In this document: one piece after another, positions 43,936-53,784 of the stretch | Position numbering within the stretch: the stretch's first letter is position 1 | How the letters are laid out: the number at the start of each line of letters is the position of its first letter | DNA from: an uncultured Candidatus Saccharibacteria bacterium | Lineage (GTDB): Bacteria > Patescibacteriota > Minisyncoccia > Minisyncoccales > CAZVLR01 | DNA length: 64,000 bases | Direction of reading: 5' to 3' | Assembly (NCBI GenBank): GCA_964628095.1 | Contig: CAZVLR010000001.1 | Span: 56,777 to 120,776, forward strand | Made by a program: the position numbers and the translations under genes | Notes under the pieces: generated by a model | Told to the model about the DNA's origin: nothing | The model's database searches: none | Seen by the model: only the letters and a program-made list of their open reading frames with translations

Positions 43936-46491
43936 CTATTTTAAAACCAGACTGAAATCACCGGGATTAATCTCAAAGCGGCTGCCCCGAATTAACTCGC
44001 CCTTTAACATGGACTGGGCAATTACGTTTTCCACCTTATCCTGGATCACCCGCCTCATTTCCCGGGCGCCAAAAACCGGATTATAGCCCAATTCAATTAT
44101 TTTTTCCTTTAAAGCCTGGCTAACGATAAAATCAATTTCTTTTTCATTCAAATTCTTCTTTAATTTATTAAAAAGCAGATCCGCAATCTGCAAAAGGTGC
44201 TCCTTGCTCAAGCCTCTAAAAACCACCACCGCGTCAAAACGATTAATCAGCTCGGGCCTAAAAGCGCCCTGCTTAAAAAGAAAATCTAACAATTCTTCTT
44301 TTACCCCGGGCATGGGCTTTCCTTTTTTAATCGCTTCTAAAATAACCTGGTAGCCGGCGTTGCTGGTGGCGATGATAATCGAATTCTTAAAATCTACTTT
44401 CCGGCCCTGGCCGTCGGTTAAATGCCCTTCGTCAAAAACCTGCAAAAACAGATTTAAAATATTAGGATGCGCTTTTTCAAACTCGTCGAGCAAGACCAAA
44501 GAAAAAGGATTTTCCGTTACCGGAGTGGTTAATAAACCCTCTTGGCCCAAAGAGCCGATTAAGCGCGGAATATCGGAAACAGACTGGAATTCGGACATAT
44601 CCAACCTGATCATTTTTTCTTCCGAGCCAAAATAGAATTCGGCCAAAGCCTTGGCGGATTCGGTTTTTCCCACGCCTGTGGGCCCCAAAAACAGGAAAAC
44701 GCCCATCGGCCCTTTTCTTACTGTAATATTGGCCCGCGCCCGCCGCAGGGCCGAAGCGATTTCCTTTACCGCCTCTTCCTGATTAACAATTCTTTGGTGA
44801 ATCAGCTTTTCCAAATTAAGCAGCACTTCTTTTTCTTCGGTTTTTAGCTCGCCAATGGGAATCTGGGTTTTCTGGGTTAAAACTTGGGCCACGTGCTCGG
44901 GCAAAACCGCGCTAATCTCTTTTGAGCTGGCCGCAAAAATCATGGTTTCGTCCAGAATATCCAAAGCTTTTTCGGGAAAATGAAGAGCGGGCAAATACTT
45001 TCCGGTTAAAGTAATAATTCCCTTTAAAGCGTTGTAGGTAACCATTTTTTTGTACTTTCTTTCTAAAATTAAAACCTGGCGCTCTAAAAGCATTAAAGTT
45101 TCGTCTTCAGATATCTCTGAAACTTCCACTTTCTTAAAAAGATTCAGCAAAGAAGAATTCGGTTCGATATTCCGGTGCAACCCTTCGTAAGTAGTTAGGG
45201 CCACTATCTGGAATTGGGGGTTTTTTAAATAAGAAGCGATCTGGCCGGAAATATCGATTACGCCGGGCTTTCGGCCCTGGCCCACGTAATTGTGGAAATC
45301 GTCGATGAATAAAATAACGTTGCCGGCCATGAAAACCTCTTTTAAAACAACTTCCAAGGTGGCTTCGGCCTCTTCGAGCGAGGGCTGGCCGGCCAAAAGC
45401 TTTTGCAAGTCCAGCTGCACCACTCTTTTGTGGTTTACCGTCGGCAAGCTCTGGCCCAACAAGCTTCTTAAGGCCAAAGCCAAAACAATGCTTCGCCGCC
45501 CCGTGCCCGGATCCCCCACCAGCAAAACGTTTTTATTGTCGCTGCGCGATAAAATCCGCTCCACCTCTTCAACTTCGTTTTTGTGGCCGATAACTTCAGG
45601 AAAGCTTCTTTTTACAATCTCGGTCCAATCGACTGAAAACTGATCCAGGTAAATGGTATAACCGGCTGTCCATTCTTTAGCCAAGCTTCCCAACCTGATT
45701 AAGTTGGTCCACTCCCAGAATTTTTTGCTGAATTCAATTCTTTTTTCAATCGATTCTAACCACCAAACCAGATTGCCAATGTCTTTGGGCTTTAAATTAA
45801 CTTCAATAAGAATATTTTTAAAAATCGGGTCTTCCTGGGCCAGGGCAAAAATCAAATCGCCCGTTTCAATCCGATCGTGCTTTCTTTCTTTAGCAATTTT
45901 TAAAGACGAAATTATCGTTTTTTGAAAGTCTGGCGAATAAACTTCCTGAAACCGATCTCTTTTTAAGGTTTCGAAATATAATTTTAAAGATTTTTCAACA
46001 ATCCTTGTGTCTATCATCGCCCGAAAAAGCACCGCATCCAGCTTGGGATTGTGCAAAAGCAGAAAATAAAACAGCATTGAGGAGTTAGCCTCTAAAAAAC
46101 CCTTGTCTTTAGCCAAGGCCAAAGAATTAGCTACGGCTTTTAGCGAATCAAAGCTTAAAAGCTCGGCTAAATTCAAGCTTAAAGTGTGCTCGGCAAAATC
46201 AGGGAATTTAAGCGAAGGCCTCTTTAATTTTAGATTGAAAAAAAGATCGCCCTGCCAGAAAGCAACCGACAAGGAAAAGCATATTACGGCCAGGCCCAAA
46301 AAAGAAGAAATTAAATCCTGGGAAAAGCTTTTCTCAAAAAAACCGTAAAAGCAAAGCGCCAAGAATATTAAAAAAGCGACAAAGAAGAGCTTTTTAAAAA
46401 TTTTGGCGTATTTGAACAAAAAAGCTTTCTCCCAAAAAAGCGAGGGCCAAAGCGCGGTTTTTCTCGGATTAAAATAAAAGCTTGAATCCAT
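43936..46491 (-). CDS. Membrane-anchored Clp/Hsp100-family AAA+ ATPase
   Basis: Two N-terminal TM helices, Clp-N-like region, NBD1 GDPGTGRR/FIDD, NBD2 GPTGVGKT/LLDEFEKAH, RLDMSEF, GAREMRR. Confidence 0.88.
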   Translation of the reverse strand: MDSSFYFNPRKTALWPSLFWEKAFLFKYAKIFKKLFFVAFLIFLALCFYGFFEKSFSQDLISSFLGLAVICFSLSVAFWQGDLFFNLKLKRPSLKFPDFAEHTLSLNLAELLSFDSLKAVANSLALAKDKGFLEANSSMLFYFLLLHNPKLDAVLFRAMIDTRIVEKSLKLYFETLKRDRFQEVYSPDFQKTIISSLKIAKERKHDRIETGDLIFALAQEDPIFKNILIEVNLKPKDIGNLVWWLESIEKRIEFSKKFWEWTNLIRLGSLAKEWTAGYTIYLDQFSVDWTEIVKRSFPEVIGHKNEVEEVERILSRSDNKNVLLVGDPGTGRRSIVLALALRSLLGQSLPTVNHKRVVQLDLQKLLAGQPSLEEAEATLEVVLKEVFMAGNVILFIDDFHNYVGQGRKPGVIDISGQIASYLKNPQFQIVALTTYEGLHRNIEPNSSLLNLFKKVEVSEISEDETLMLLERQVLILERKYKKMVTYNALKGIITLTGKYLPALHFPEKALDILDETMIFAASSKEISAVLPEHVAQVLTQKTQIPIGELKTEEKEVLLNLEKLIHQRIVNQEEAVKEIASALRRARANITVRKGPMGVFLFLGPTGVGKTESAKALAEFYFGSEEKMIRLDMSEFQSVSDIPRLIGSLGQEGLLTTPVTENPFSLVLLDEFEKAHPNILNLFLQVFDEGHLTDGQGRKVDFKNSIIIATSNAGYQVILEAIKKGKPMPGVKEELLDFLFKQGAFRPELINRFDAVVVFRGLSKEHLLQIADLLFNKLKKNLNEKEIDFIVSQALKEKIIELGYNPVFGAREMRRVIQDKVENVIAQSMLKGELIRGSRFEINPGDFSLVLK

Positions 46492-46867
46492 ATAGGAAAA
46501 TTAAAACTAAAATAAGGGGCAAAAGCAACCAGCATAAAAAAACAATTAAGCCCCCGATAAACACTAAAATTTCGGCAATGGCGCCGATAATAATAAAAAA
46601 GGTGCGCAAAAACGCCCCGATAATCCGCGACATCATATTTAGGGTAAAGGTTTCGGCCCAGCGCTGGAGATTTAAGCCCCGGCCGTAAGAAGCCTGGTAG
46701 CGCCGCCATGGGGAAAAGAAGGTTTTTAACAGTGTGGGCAGAGAAAAATAATTCAAATTAAAGATAAGGAAATTCTTCCAGGCCTTTAAAATATCGCCGG
46801 GTGCGTTAAAAAACTGCCACTCCAAATACTGGCTAAGAATGTTTTTCTTTGGGGAGAGTTCTGCCAT
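46469..46867 (-). CDS. Hypothetical membrane protein coupled to the Clp ATPase
   Basis: FSLPTLLKTFFSPWRR, hydrophobic C-terminus; overlaps ATPase start. Confidence 0.75.
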   Translation of the reverse strand: MAELSPKKNILSQYLEWQFFNAPGDILKAWKNFLIFNLNYFSLPTLLKTFFSPWRRYQASYGRGLNLQRWAETFTLNMMSRIIGAFLRTFFIIIGAIAEILVFIGGLIVFLCWLLLPLILVLIFLYGFKLLF

Positions 46868-46941
46868 TGGTTTATTATATCAAAAGCCAAATCTTTGAGC
46901 AAAACATTTGGAGGATAGAGAAAATCGTATATAATTAAGTA

Positions 46942-49005
46942 ATGCGAATATTTGAATTCCATTTTAATCCCAAAGCTAAAACCGAAATGATTTTCGACAG
47001 CTTTTGCTACGAGCCTGAAAACCTGTACGAAAAAAAACTCGGTTCGCTTTATCTGGCCGGCGAGTTAAAAAATGCCCTGCCCCAGAATAATAAGTTTTTG
47101 GATCATCTGTCCGAATTCCTAAAAAAAGAGTTTTATTCTTCCATCAAAAGATCTTCTGAAAACTCCTTAAAGGACAGCTTAAAAAAAAGCAACGCTTATC
47201 TGGGAGAAATTGGCAAAAAAGGCGACGTTTCGTGGCTGGGCAATCTAAGCTTGGCGGTTTTGAACTTTAAGGATTACAATTTGAACTTTGCCAAGGTAGG
47301 CGATTTTAAAATCGTGCTTTTAAGGTCGGGCCAGATAATCGATATTGGCAAAAGCCTGGATTTGGCCGAAATCGAGCCCTACCCCGTAAAAATCTTTGGC
47401 AATATTTTAACGGGAAAGCTGGCGGAAAAAGACGTGGTGCTGGTGATGACCAAAAACATTTTCTCGCTTTTTTCCCAGGGGGCCAGAATAAAAAGAATTT
47501 CCAAAGAAACCAATAAAAAAGAAAAGGTTTACCTGCCCAGCATTCTTGAAAAAGTGGCGAGATTAGCCGCCTTTGAAAGCAAGGAAAACCCCTTTTCAGA
47601 AAAAAAGCTCAAGGAAATATTAAAAAACAAGGAAAAAGAGCTCTTAATAAATTCCGGGCTTTGCTTGATTTGCTATTTAACAAAAGAGCAGGAAAACAAA
47701 AAATCAAAGCCCTTTACCTACCAAAAAGAACTGGAAAGGTTTTCCCCGATAAGGGCGGTTCAAAATATCTTCTCCCCTGTTCTTTCAAAAATTACCCCTT
47801 GGCTAAAAAAGCTCAAGGATTTTATCAAAAAACAGCCCTTTAAAAAAGAAAGCAAAGAAACGCCAAAGGAACAGCAAAAATTAAAGCTGGCTTCCCCCAG
47901 AATTATTTTTAAAAAACCCCATCTTAGTTTTCCTGAAAAAATCAGGAAAAACGCCATACTACTGTCTTTGTTTATTTTAATCCTAGCTGCTGGCTTCTTT
48001 ATTTTCAAAAAAGAAGAGCAAAGCCGACTGGAAGAATACCGGGCCACCTTAAACAGTATCCGCCAGGATGTTGATAAGGGCGAAAGCTATCTGATCCTTA
48101 GCGAAAACAAAAAGGCTTTTGATCTGTTTAAAAAGCTATTAGAAGATATCGTGCCTTTAAAAAATGAGAAGAAAATCCAAAAAGAAGCTTTAGAGCTTGA
48201 AAGCATAATTGAAAAAAACCTTAAGGAAATAAGTAAATTTACCGTGCTGGAAAATCCTAAGCTCTTTTACGAATTCAACGCCCAGGAATTCATCCCGCAA
48301 AAAATCGCCTACTTTAAGGGCGCCCTGTATGTATTCAGCCCGGTGAACGAGAATGTGTATAAAATAAGCCAGCAAAAAGATCAAACGAAAATTGAAATGA
48401 AGGAATTGCTCAGCGACGCCGCCGGCCTTGATAACTCCCTGGTTTTCCTTAAAAAACCGAATTCGGTGTATCTTTTGGAAAACGATAAGTTTGATATAAA
48501 CTACGTTTTAAACGACCCCTACCCTGATTTTACTCTTAAAAAAATCGTGGCTTTTGGCTCTAATCTTTACGCTTTTGACGAAAAAAACGGCGAGGTGATA
48601 AAATACCCGGGCCCCTTAAAAGAAGGCAAAGACACGCCGCAAATCTGGCTAGAGGTTGCCGGTCCCAAAGCCAAAGAAGGATTATCCATGGCGATCGATA
48701 CTTCTGTTTGGATTTTAAACAAAGACAACACTATTTCGCGGTATTACAAAGGAGCTTTGAAAGAAAAATTTGAACCGAGCATTTTTCCTTATCCCAAGGG
48801 CTTTTCTGAAATTACCCTTTCAACCAATTACGTTTATCTGCTCGAACCCGGCCAAAAAAGAGTTGTGATTTTAAACAAAGCCGGACAGGTTGTTAAGCAG
48901 TTCCAAAGCGAAAAATTCGACAACATTAAAGATTTTACCGTTTCAGCAAACGGTACCGTCTGGCTGTTAAACGGCACCCAAATTTACCAGCTGCCGCTCT
49001 TTTAA
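46942..49005 (+). CDS. Bitopic membrane protein: degenerate PP2C-like N-domain, TM, C-terminal beta-propeller
   Basis: N-terminal LSLAVL...FAKVGD..IVLLRSG; TM near aa 335-355; repeats such as LYAFD, VWILN, VYLLEP. Confidence 0.6.
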   Translation: MRIFEFHFNPKAKTEMIFDSFCYEPENLYEKKLGSLYLAGELKNALPQNNKFLDHLSEFLKKEFYSSIKRSSENSLKDSLKKSNAYLGEIGKKGDVSWLGNLSLAVLNFKDYNLNFAKVGDFKIVLLRSGQIIDIGKSLDLAEIEPYPVKIFGNILTGKLAEKDVVLVMTKNIFSLFSQGARIKRISKETNKKEKVYLPSILEKVARLAAFESKENPFSEKKLKEILKNKEKELLINSGLCLICYLTKEQENKKSKPFTYQKELERFSPIRAVQNIFSPVLSKITPWLKKLKDFIKKQPFKKESKETPKEQQKLKLASPRIIFKKPHLSFPEKIRKNAILLSLFILILAAGFFIFKKEEQSRLEEYRATLNSIRQDVDKGESYLILSENKKAFDLFKKLLEDIVPLKNEKKIQKEALELESIIEKNLKEISKFTVLENPKLFYEFNAQEFIPQKIAYFKGALYVFSPVNENVYKISQQKDQTKIEMKELLSDAAGLDNSLVFLKKPNSVYLLENDKFDINYVLNDPYPDFTLKKIVAFGSNLYAFDEKNGEVIKYPGPLKEGKDTPQIWLEVAGPKAKEGLSMAIDTSVWILNKDNTISRYYKGALKEKFEPSIFPYPKGFSEITLSTNYVYLLEPGQKRVVILNKAGQVVKQFQSEKFDNIKDFTVSANGTVWLLNGTQIYQLPLF

Positions 49006-49010
49006 GCCAA

Positions 49011-49045
49011 AAGAAAAACCGGCGATTATCGCCGGTTTTTCTTTT
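49011..49045. terminator. Bidirectional terminator
   Basis: AAGAAAAACCGGCGAT-ATCGCCGGTTTTTCTT inverted repeat between convergent genes. Confidence 0.85.
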
Positions 49046-49056
49046 TAGAGTAATAA

Positions 49057-49458
49057 TTATTTTAACTCTACCTTGGCGCCTGCGGCTTCGAACTTCTTTT
49101 TAATGTCTTCCGCCTCTTCTTTCTTGGCGTTTTCTTTTACCATCTGGGGGGCGGCCACGGCGGCGTCAACCAAGTCTTTGGCCTCTTTTAGGCCTTTTTG
49201 GGTGACATCCCGGACCACCTTGATCACTTCGATCTTTTTGTCGCCCACAGATGCCAAAACCACGTTAAAGCTGGATTTTTCCTCAACCGCTTCGGCAACG
49301 GCTGCGGGGGCGGCCATTACGGGAGCGGCCGCTGAAACGCCGAATTTCTTTTCGAGAATTTTAACCAGCTCGGCTAAATCTAAAACCGACATTTCTTCGA
49401 TTTTTTTAACCAGTTCCTCGAATTTTTTAGGAACTTCGATTTTTTCTTCGTCTGCCAT
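49057..49458 (-). CDS. rplL: 50S ribosomal protein L7/L12
   Basis: [36 protein letters not shown]. Confidence 0.97.
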   Translation of the reverse strand: MADEEKIEVPKKFEELVKKIEEMSVLDLAELVKILEKKFGVSAAAPVMAAPAAVAEAVEEKSSFNVVLASVGDKKIEVIKVVRDVTQKGLKEAKDLVDAAVAAPQMVKENAKKEEAEDIKKKFEAAGAKVELK

Positions 49459-49487
49459 ATGTTTGTTTTTTTTATTTATTTAATTAT

Positions 49488-50006
49488 TTATTTTTTATTG
49501 CTTATGGCGTTTAAAGCCAATACCAGACCTTTAATATTTCCCTGTAATACGTTCAAAAATCCTGAAACGGGCGAAGACATGCTGCCCAGCATTTTGGCCA
49601 GCAGCTCTTCTCTTGAAGGCAGTTGGGCCAAAAATATAATATCTTGGGCGCTCTTTAGCTGGTTCTCCATAAAACCCCCCAGAATTTTGAAATTGGGATT
49701 ATTTTTTGAAAATTGGTAAGCGATTTTAGCCGGTAAAATTTGGTCCTGATAGCCGAAAATCAAAGCGATTTCGCCCGAAAGCTTTTTGGCGGCCACCTCA
49801 ATCTTGTTTTCTTTAAAGGCCACGTCCATTAAGGTTTTCTTGGAAATTTTAATTTCGTTCTTGGAACCCTTAAGCTCTTTTCTTAATAAAGACAAATCTT
49901 TTACCTTCAAGCCCGTAAAGTCGGCAAAGATCACCAGTTTTTGCCGGGCTAATTTGTCCTTTAAATCCTTGATAATGCTTTGCTTTTGTGTTTTGGTTAA
50001 TGCCAT
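49488..50006 (-). CDS. rplJ: 50S ribosomal protein L10
   Basis: DFTGLKVKDL..LR, KKTL, LAQLPSREELLAKML. Confidence 0.96.
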   Translation of the reverse strand: MALTKTQKQSIIKDLKDKLARQKLVIFADFTGLKVKDLSLLRKELKGSKNEIKISKKTLMDVAFKENKIEVAAKKLSGEIALIFGYQDQILPAKIAYQFSKNNPNFKILGGFMENQLKSAQDIIFLAQLPSREELLAKMLGSMSSPVSGFLNVLQGNIKGLVLALNAISNKK

Positions 50007-50105
50007 AAAAAAAGTCTGCTTCCGCAGACAAAAATGAAATTACAGACTGGTTCTGTATATTTTATCCTCGGCAGGTCTTACAAAACGCCTGCTTTCTGCG
50101 GATTA
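50007..50105 (-). ncRNA. Ribosomal protein L10 leader
   Basis: Minus strand CCGCAGAAAGCAGG...CCTGCCGAGG kink-turn-like core, then GTCTGC-ggaa-GCAGAC-T7 attenuator before rplJ. Confidence 0.8.
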
Positions 50106-50161
50106 AAGCTGATATTTAATTGATATCTTATCTTAAGCTGTTCTTAAAAAGATGTCAACCC

Positions 50162-51301
50162 CTACTGCTCAATGCACAAAAGCTTGGACGGCTGATCGCA
50201 GGACTTTCCAACGGTAACCACAAAGCGCTTGGAAGGGTCTTCCCCAGCCACGCCCGAAGCCAAAGCGCCCAAACCAACCGCGGAAAGGCGCTTGCCTTGA
50301 GCCGTATAACATTCAGGATAGCTGGTAGTTTGGCCGACCGCAGGCGGATAACCCGGAATATTCCTGGACTCCGTGGTCCAATTTTGGCAAGTAGTAGTAA
50401 AACTGTATGATTCTGAAAGATTTAAGGGTACATAGCGCAAAGAAAGAGTGGTGCATTCCCGCTTGCTTTCCTTTGATATTCTTCCCAGCCAAAGATTGCT
50501 CATGTCGTCAAAATATTGGTTATTCAGTATTTTAAGATTAATAACATAAGAATTGGTTAATAGCTTTAAAAAAGAATTGGCGTCCTTTCCTAAAAGCCGA
50601 TGGCAGGTTTTTCCTTCAACAACCGAAGTTTCTGCTTTGGCATCGATAAAAATGCCTTCTAAATTAAGCCGGTCGGTGGCCAGCTTCTGGTCATCTCCCA
50701 AAAAAGCTTTCCAGGTGCCGCCATAATCCAGCTTTTCTGCTTCATCTTGGCATTTACGATCCGCCCCTTCCAAACCCTCTAAATTACCATTGTAACTGCC
50801 CTGGGTTACAAACACCTTTTTCAATTCTGGATAATCGCTGGGCAAATAGGGCCATTCGTTATTCTTTGATAAGGTATCACAAGAGGCAAACTTAGGCCCG
50901 GCAATCGTAAAATAATCGGTGGAATAACTTATCTTCTTTCCCTCCTGCCATGGATATTCATAAATGGCGATTTTGTAATCCTGATCGTAATCTTCGCCCG
51001 CATTCTCCCAAACAAAAACCGAGTAATCGAACTTTCTCTTGCTGGCTGGAATATCCGAGGCAATCACCTTAATTTCTTTCTGGTCCCGGCCCTTTACCAG
51101 CATAATACCAATATTCCCGATGTTTCTGGCGTCCCAGGTAATCTGATAGGTTTTTCCCGCCTGAAAAACCTCTCCCCCTTTGGGCGAAGTTATTTCCAGC
51201 ATTTGCTCTACAAAGTAACGGTTGTAAATCCAAAAACCCAAGAGCGCTAAAAAAATTGTGGCGCCAACGATAATTAAAATGATTTTTGTTTTCTTTTCCA
51301 T
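50162..51301 (-). CDS. Membrane-anchored protein with Ig-like domain and DUF1554/endostatin-like (C-type-lectin-like) domain
   Basis: TM; ITSPKGGEVFQAGKTYQITW; VFVTQGSYNGNLEGLEGADRKCQ...WKAFL...CQNWT...C....LLCIEQ. Confidence 0.75.
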   Translation of the reverse strand: MEKKTKIILIIVGATIFLALLGFWIYNRYFVEQMLEITSPKGGEVFQAGKTYQITWDARNIGNIGIMLVKGRDQKEIKVIASDIPASKRKFDYSVFVWENAGEDYDQDYKIAIYEYPWQEGKKISYSTDYFTIAGPKFASCDTLSKNNEWPYLPSDYPELKKVFVTQGSYNGNLEGLEGADRKCQDEAEKLDYGGTWKAFLGDDQKLATDRLNLEGIFIDAKAETSVVEGKTCHRLLGKDANSFLKLLTNSYVINLKILNNQYFDDMSNLWLGRISKESKRECTTLSLRYVPLNLSESYSFTTTCQNWTTESRNIPGYPPAVGQTTSYPECYTAQGKRLSAVGLGALASGVAGEDPSKRFVVTVGKSCDQPSKLLCIEQ

Positions 51302-51324
51302 TAGAATTTAAATTATTTTATTAA

Positions 51325-52008
51325 TTATTTAAAAGATTCTATAATTGCTTTGGCAAACTGCTCAGCCGCTTCCGGACCGTTGGCGGTAACAATATTATTA
51401 TCAACCACTACCGCACTGTTTTGATAAACAGCTCCGTTGGCTTCCAAAGTTTTAACCGCTGACCCATCTAGAGAACTGGACCAAACTGTAGCATTTTTCC
51501 CTTTTAACAAACCGGCTTTAGCTAAAATTGTGGGCGCAATGCAAATGGCGGCTAAAGTTTTCCCCTGACTTAAAGTTTCTTTAGCGATATTATATGAAAT
51601 TTGATTATCAAGATACTGCAAAGCGCCCGGGCCGCCAATAAAAACAACTGCATCAAAATCGGCTACGTTCAGATCCGATAAAACTATTTGAACCTGGGCT
51701 TCTCCTCCGTCGGCCCCCAGAGCCGCACCCAATTTAGTCGAAACAGTAGTAATTTGCGCGCCGGACTTTTCCAAGTTTTCTTTGGTAACAAAATATTCGG
51801 CGTCCCGGTAGTTTTTCCAGGCAATAATCATGGCGATTTTCTTTCCCTCAAATGGCATAGTATTTTCTTTGGCTTTATTATTCTCCTGCTGTAAAGATTG
51901 CGAAATCTGCTCCCCTGTTTTATCTCCAACATTCTTTTGCAAAACAAAAACTCCCGCTATTACTATAATAATAACAACTATTAAAATATATGGCAAAAGC
52001 TTGTTCAT
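51325..52008 (-). CDS. DJ-1/PfpI family protein with N-terminal TM
   Basis: YRDAEY, FIGGPG, AAICIAP, TANGP. Confidence 0.9.
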   Translation of the reverse strand: MNKLLPYILIVVIIIVIAGVFVLQKNVGDKTGEQISQSLQQENNKAKENTMPFEGKKIAMIIAWKNYRDAEYFVTKENLEKSGAQITTVSTKLGAALGADGGEAQVQIVLSDLNVADFDAVVFIGGPGALQYLDNQISYNIAKETLSQGKTLAAICIAPTILAKAGLLKGKNATVWSSSLDGSAVKTLEANGAVYQNSAVVVDNNIVTANGPEAAEQFAKAIIESFK

Positions 52009-52011
52009 GTT

Positions 52012-53064
52012 TTAGTTATTGTTTAAGTATTTATCCTGGGCCGCCTGGTGCTCTTTATAAGTTTTGCTAAAAATAGTCTGGCCTTGGGGAGTAGATAAGT
52101 AAAACCAATAGTCGCTACTTTTAGGATATAACGCGGCTTTTATGCTTTCAAGCCCGGGGCTGGCAATCGGGCCCAGAGGCAGGCCTTTGTATTTATAAGT
52201 GTTATAGGGCGAGTCGATCTGGGTTTCCAAAATCGATATGTTAGCGTTGTTTTTATTGGTAATGTAGTTGACGGTCGAACAAAGTTGCAGCGGCATGCCG
52301 GCTTTTAACCTTTTCCATAAAAGACCCGAAACCAATTCTTTGTCTTTTACCGTCATCACCTCCCTTTCAATCAAAGAAGCCATGGTAATTATCTCAAAAT
52401 AAGATTTGCCCTGCTTTTTAATTTCCGCTTTTAATTCCGGCGTTAACTTTTCATCCAGATTTTTAATCATTAATCTCACAATGTTTTCCAATTTCTCCCC
52501 CTTTTTTATCTTGTAGGTATCGGGAAACAAATAGCCTTCTAAGGTAACGTTCTGTGGTTTGTCTTTTAAAATGTCGAATTCCTGGCTAAGGTCCTGGGGT
52601 TTTGGCGCATCGGTTTTTTTTGAATAATCAGTTAAAGGATAGCCGGTTATTTCAAAAAGCTCTTCTGATTGAAACAGGCCCCTTTGCTCAAGATAAGAGG
52701 CAATATCCCTTAAATCCCAGCCTTCGATAATAGTAATAGTTTCTGTCGCCACTTCGCCCCCGGCGATTTTATATACAATTTCAGGAACATTCATTGAAGG
52801 AGAAATTTCATAATCTCCGGCTTTTAATTCTTTGGCTTTACCCGAAATTAAAACATAAACCTGGAAAAACAGCGCCTGTTTTATCAAGCCCTCCTTTTCC
52901 AAGTTTTTGGCAATTTCTGTTCCGCCTTCGCCCTTTTTAACGGAAAATGATTTAAAACCGATATCGTTGGGATTTTTAGCCTGGTAAATCCCCTGCCAGA
53001 AATAAGAAAAAGACAGCACTAAAATAGCTATTAAAATAAAAATGGGGATGAAAGCTTTTTTCAT
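52012..53064 (-). CDS. mltG: Endolytic transglycosylase MltG
   Basis: TIIEG, LEGYLFPDTY, ASLIERE, SPYNTY..GLPLGPIASPG. Confidence 0.95.
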   Translation of the reverse strand: MKKAFIPIFILIAILVLSFSYFWQGIYQAKNPNDIGFKSFSVKKGEGGTEIAKNLEKEGLIKQALFFQVYVLISGKAKELKAGDYEISPSMNVPEIVYKIAGGEVATETITIIEGWDLRDIASYLEQRGLFQSEELFEITGYPLTDYSKKTDAPKPQDLSQEFDILKDKPQNVTLEGYLFPDTYKIKKGEKLENIVRLMIKNLDEKLTPELKAEIKKQGKSYFEIITMASLIEREVMTVKDKELVSGLLWKRLKAGMPLQLCSTVNYITNKNNANISILETQIDSPYNTYKYKGLPLGPIASPGLESIKAALYPKSSDYWFYLSTPQGQTIFSKTYKEHQAAQDKYLNNN

Positions 53065-53072
53065 TTAAATTA

Positions 53073-53720
53073 TTATTTGTGGGTTAGGGGCACAAAAACA
53101 AAGCCAGGATATTCGATTTTTTCAAAACCGGCCTGATTGGTGAACTTTTCCAAAAAAGAGGATTTTTTAACAAAAAGCCAAATAGAGCTACTAATGGGCG
53201 CCACAACCCGCCCCCGATCTTTTAACTGCTCCTGCCAAGCCAAAGGCAAGCTTTGTTTTGAAGAAATACTGGCCGAGCATAAAATTTTATCGTAGGGCGC
53301 CAAATTTTGATAACCCTTGGAACCGTCGATGCAAAGCGGCTCCACTATTTTTTTATCTATAAAGCCATATTTGTTAATATTGTTCTTGCCAAACTCCGAT
53401 AATTCCGGAATTATCTCAACCGAAACCACCTTGCCCTTTTCCCCCACAATTTCAGCCAAAAGCGCGCTGGTCCAGCCCGAACCGGAACCCACGTCCAAAA
53501 TCTTATCCCCTTCTTCGGGTTTTAACAATTCCAGCATAAAAGCCACCACCAAGGGCTGGGAAATGGTTTGCCCAAAGCCAATGGGCAAAGCCGTATTGGC
53601 TTCAGCCATGTCTCTCATTTCCTGGGTTAAAAAATCAACCCTTTTTATTTTCTTAAAAGCCTGGATGATTCTCGGTGTTTTTAACCAGTCTTCTTGAATT
53701 AGGCTATCGATAAGCAACAT
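53073..53720 (-). CDS. pcm: Protein-L-isoaspartate O-methyltransferase
   Basis: LPIGFGQTISQP, LDVGSGSGW, DGSKG..APYD, FVFVPL; start refined. Confidence 0.93.
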   Translation of the reverse strand: MLLIDSLIQEDWLKTPRIIQAFKKIKRVDFLTQEMRDMAEANTALPIGFGQTISQPLVVAFMLELLKPEEGDKILDVGSGSGWTSALLAEIVGEKGKVVSVEIIPELSEFGKNNINKYGFIDKKIVEPLCIDGSKGYQNLAPYDKILCSASISSKQSLPLAWQEQLKDRGRVVAPISSSIWLFVKKSSFLEKFTNQAGFEKIEYPGFVFVPLTHK

Positions 53721-53784
53721 ATGTTTATTATAACAAAAAAACCTGCCCATTGGCAGGCTTTAAAAGAAAAATGCGTTCAATTGC

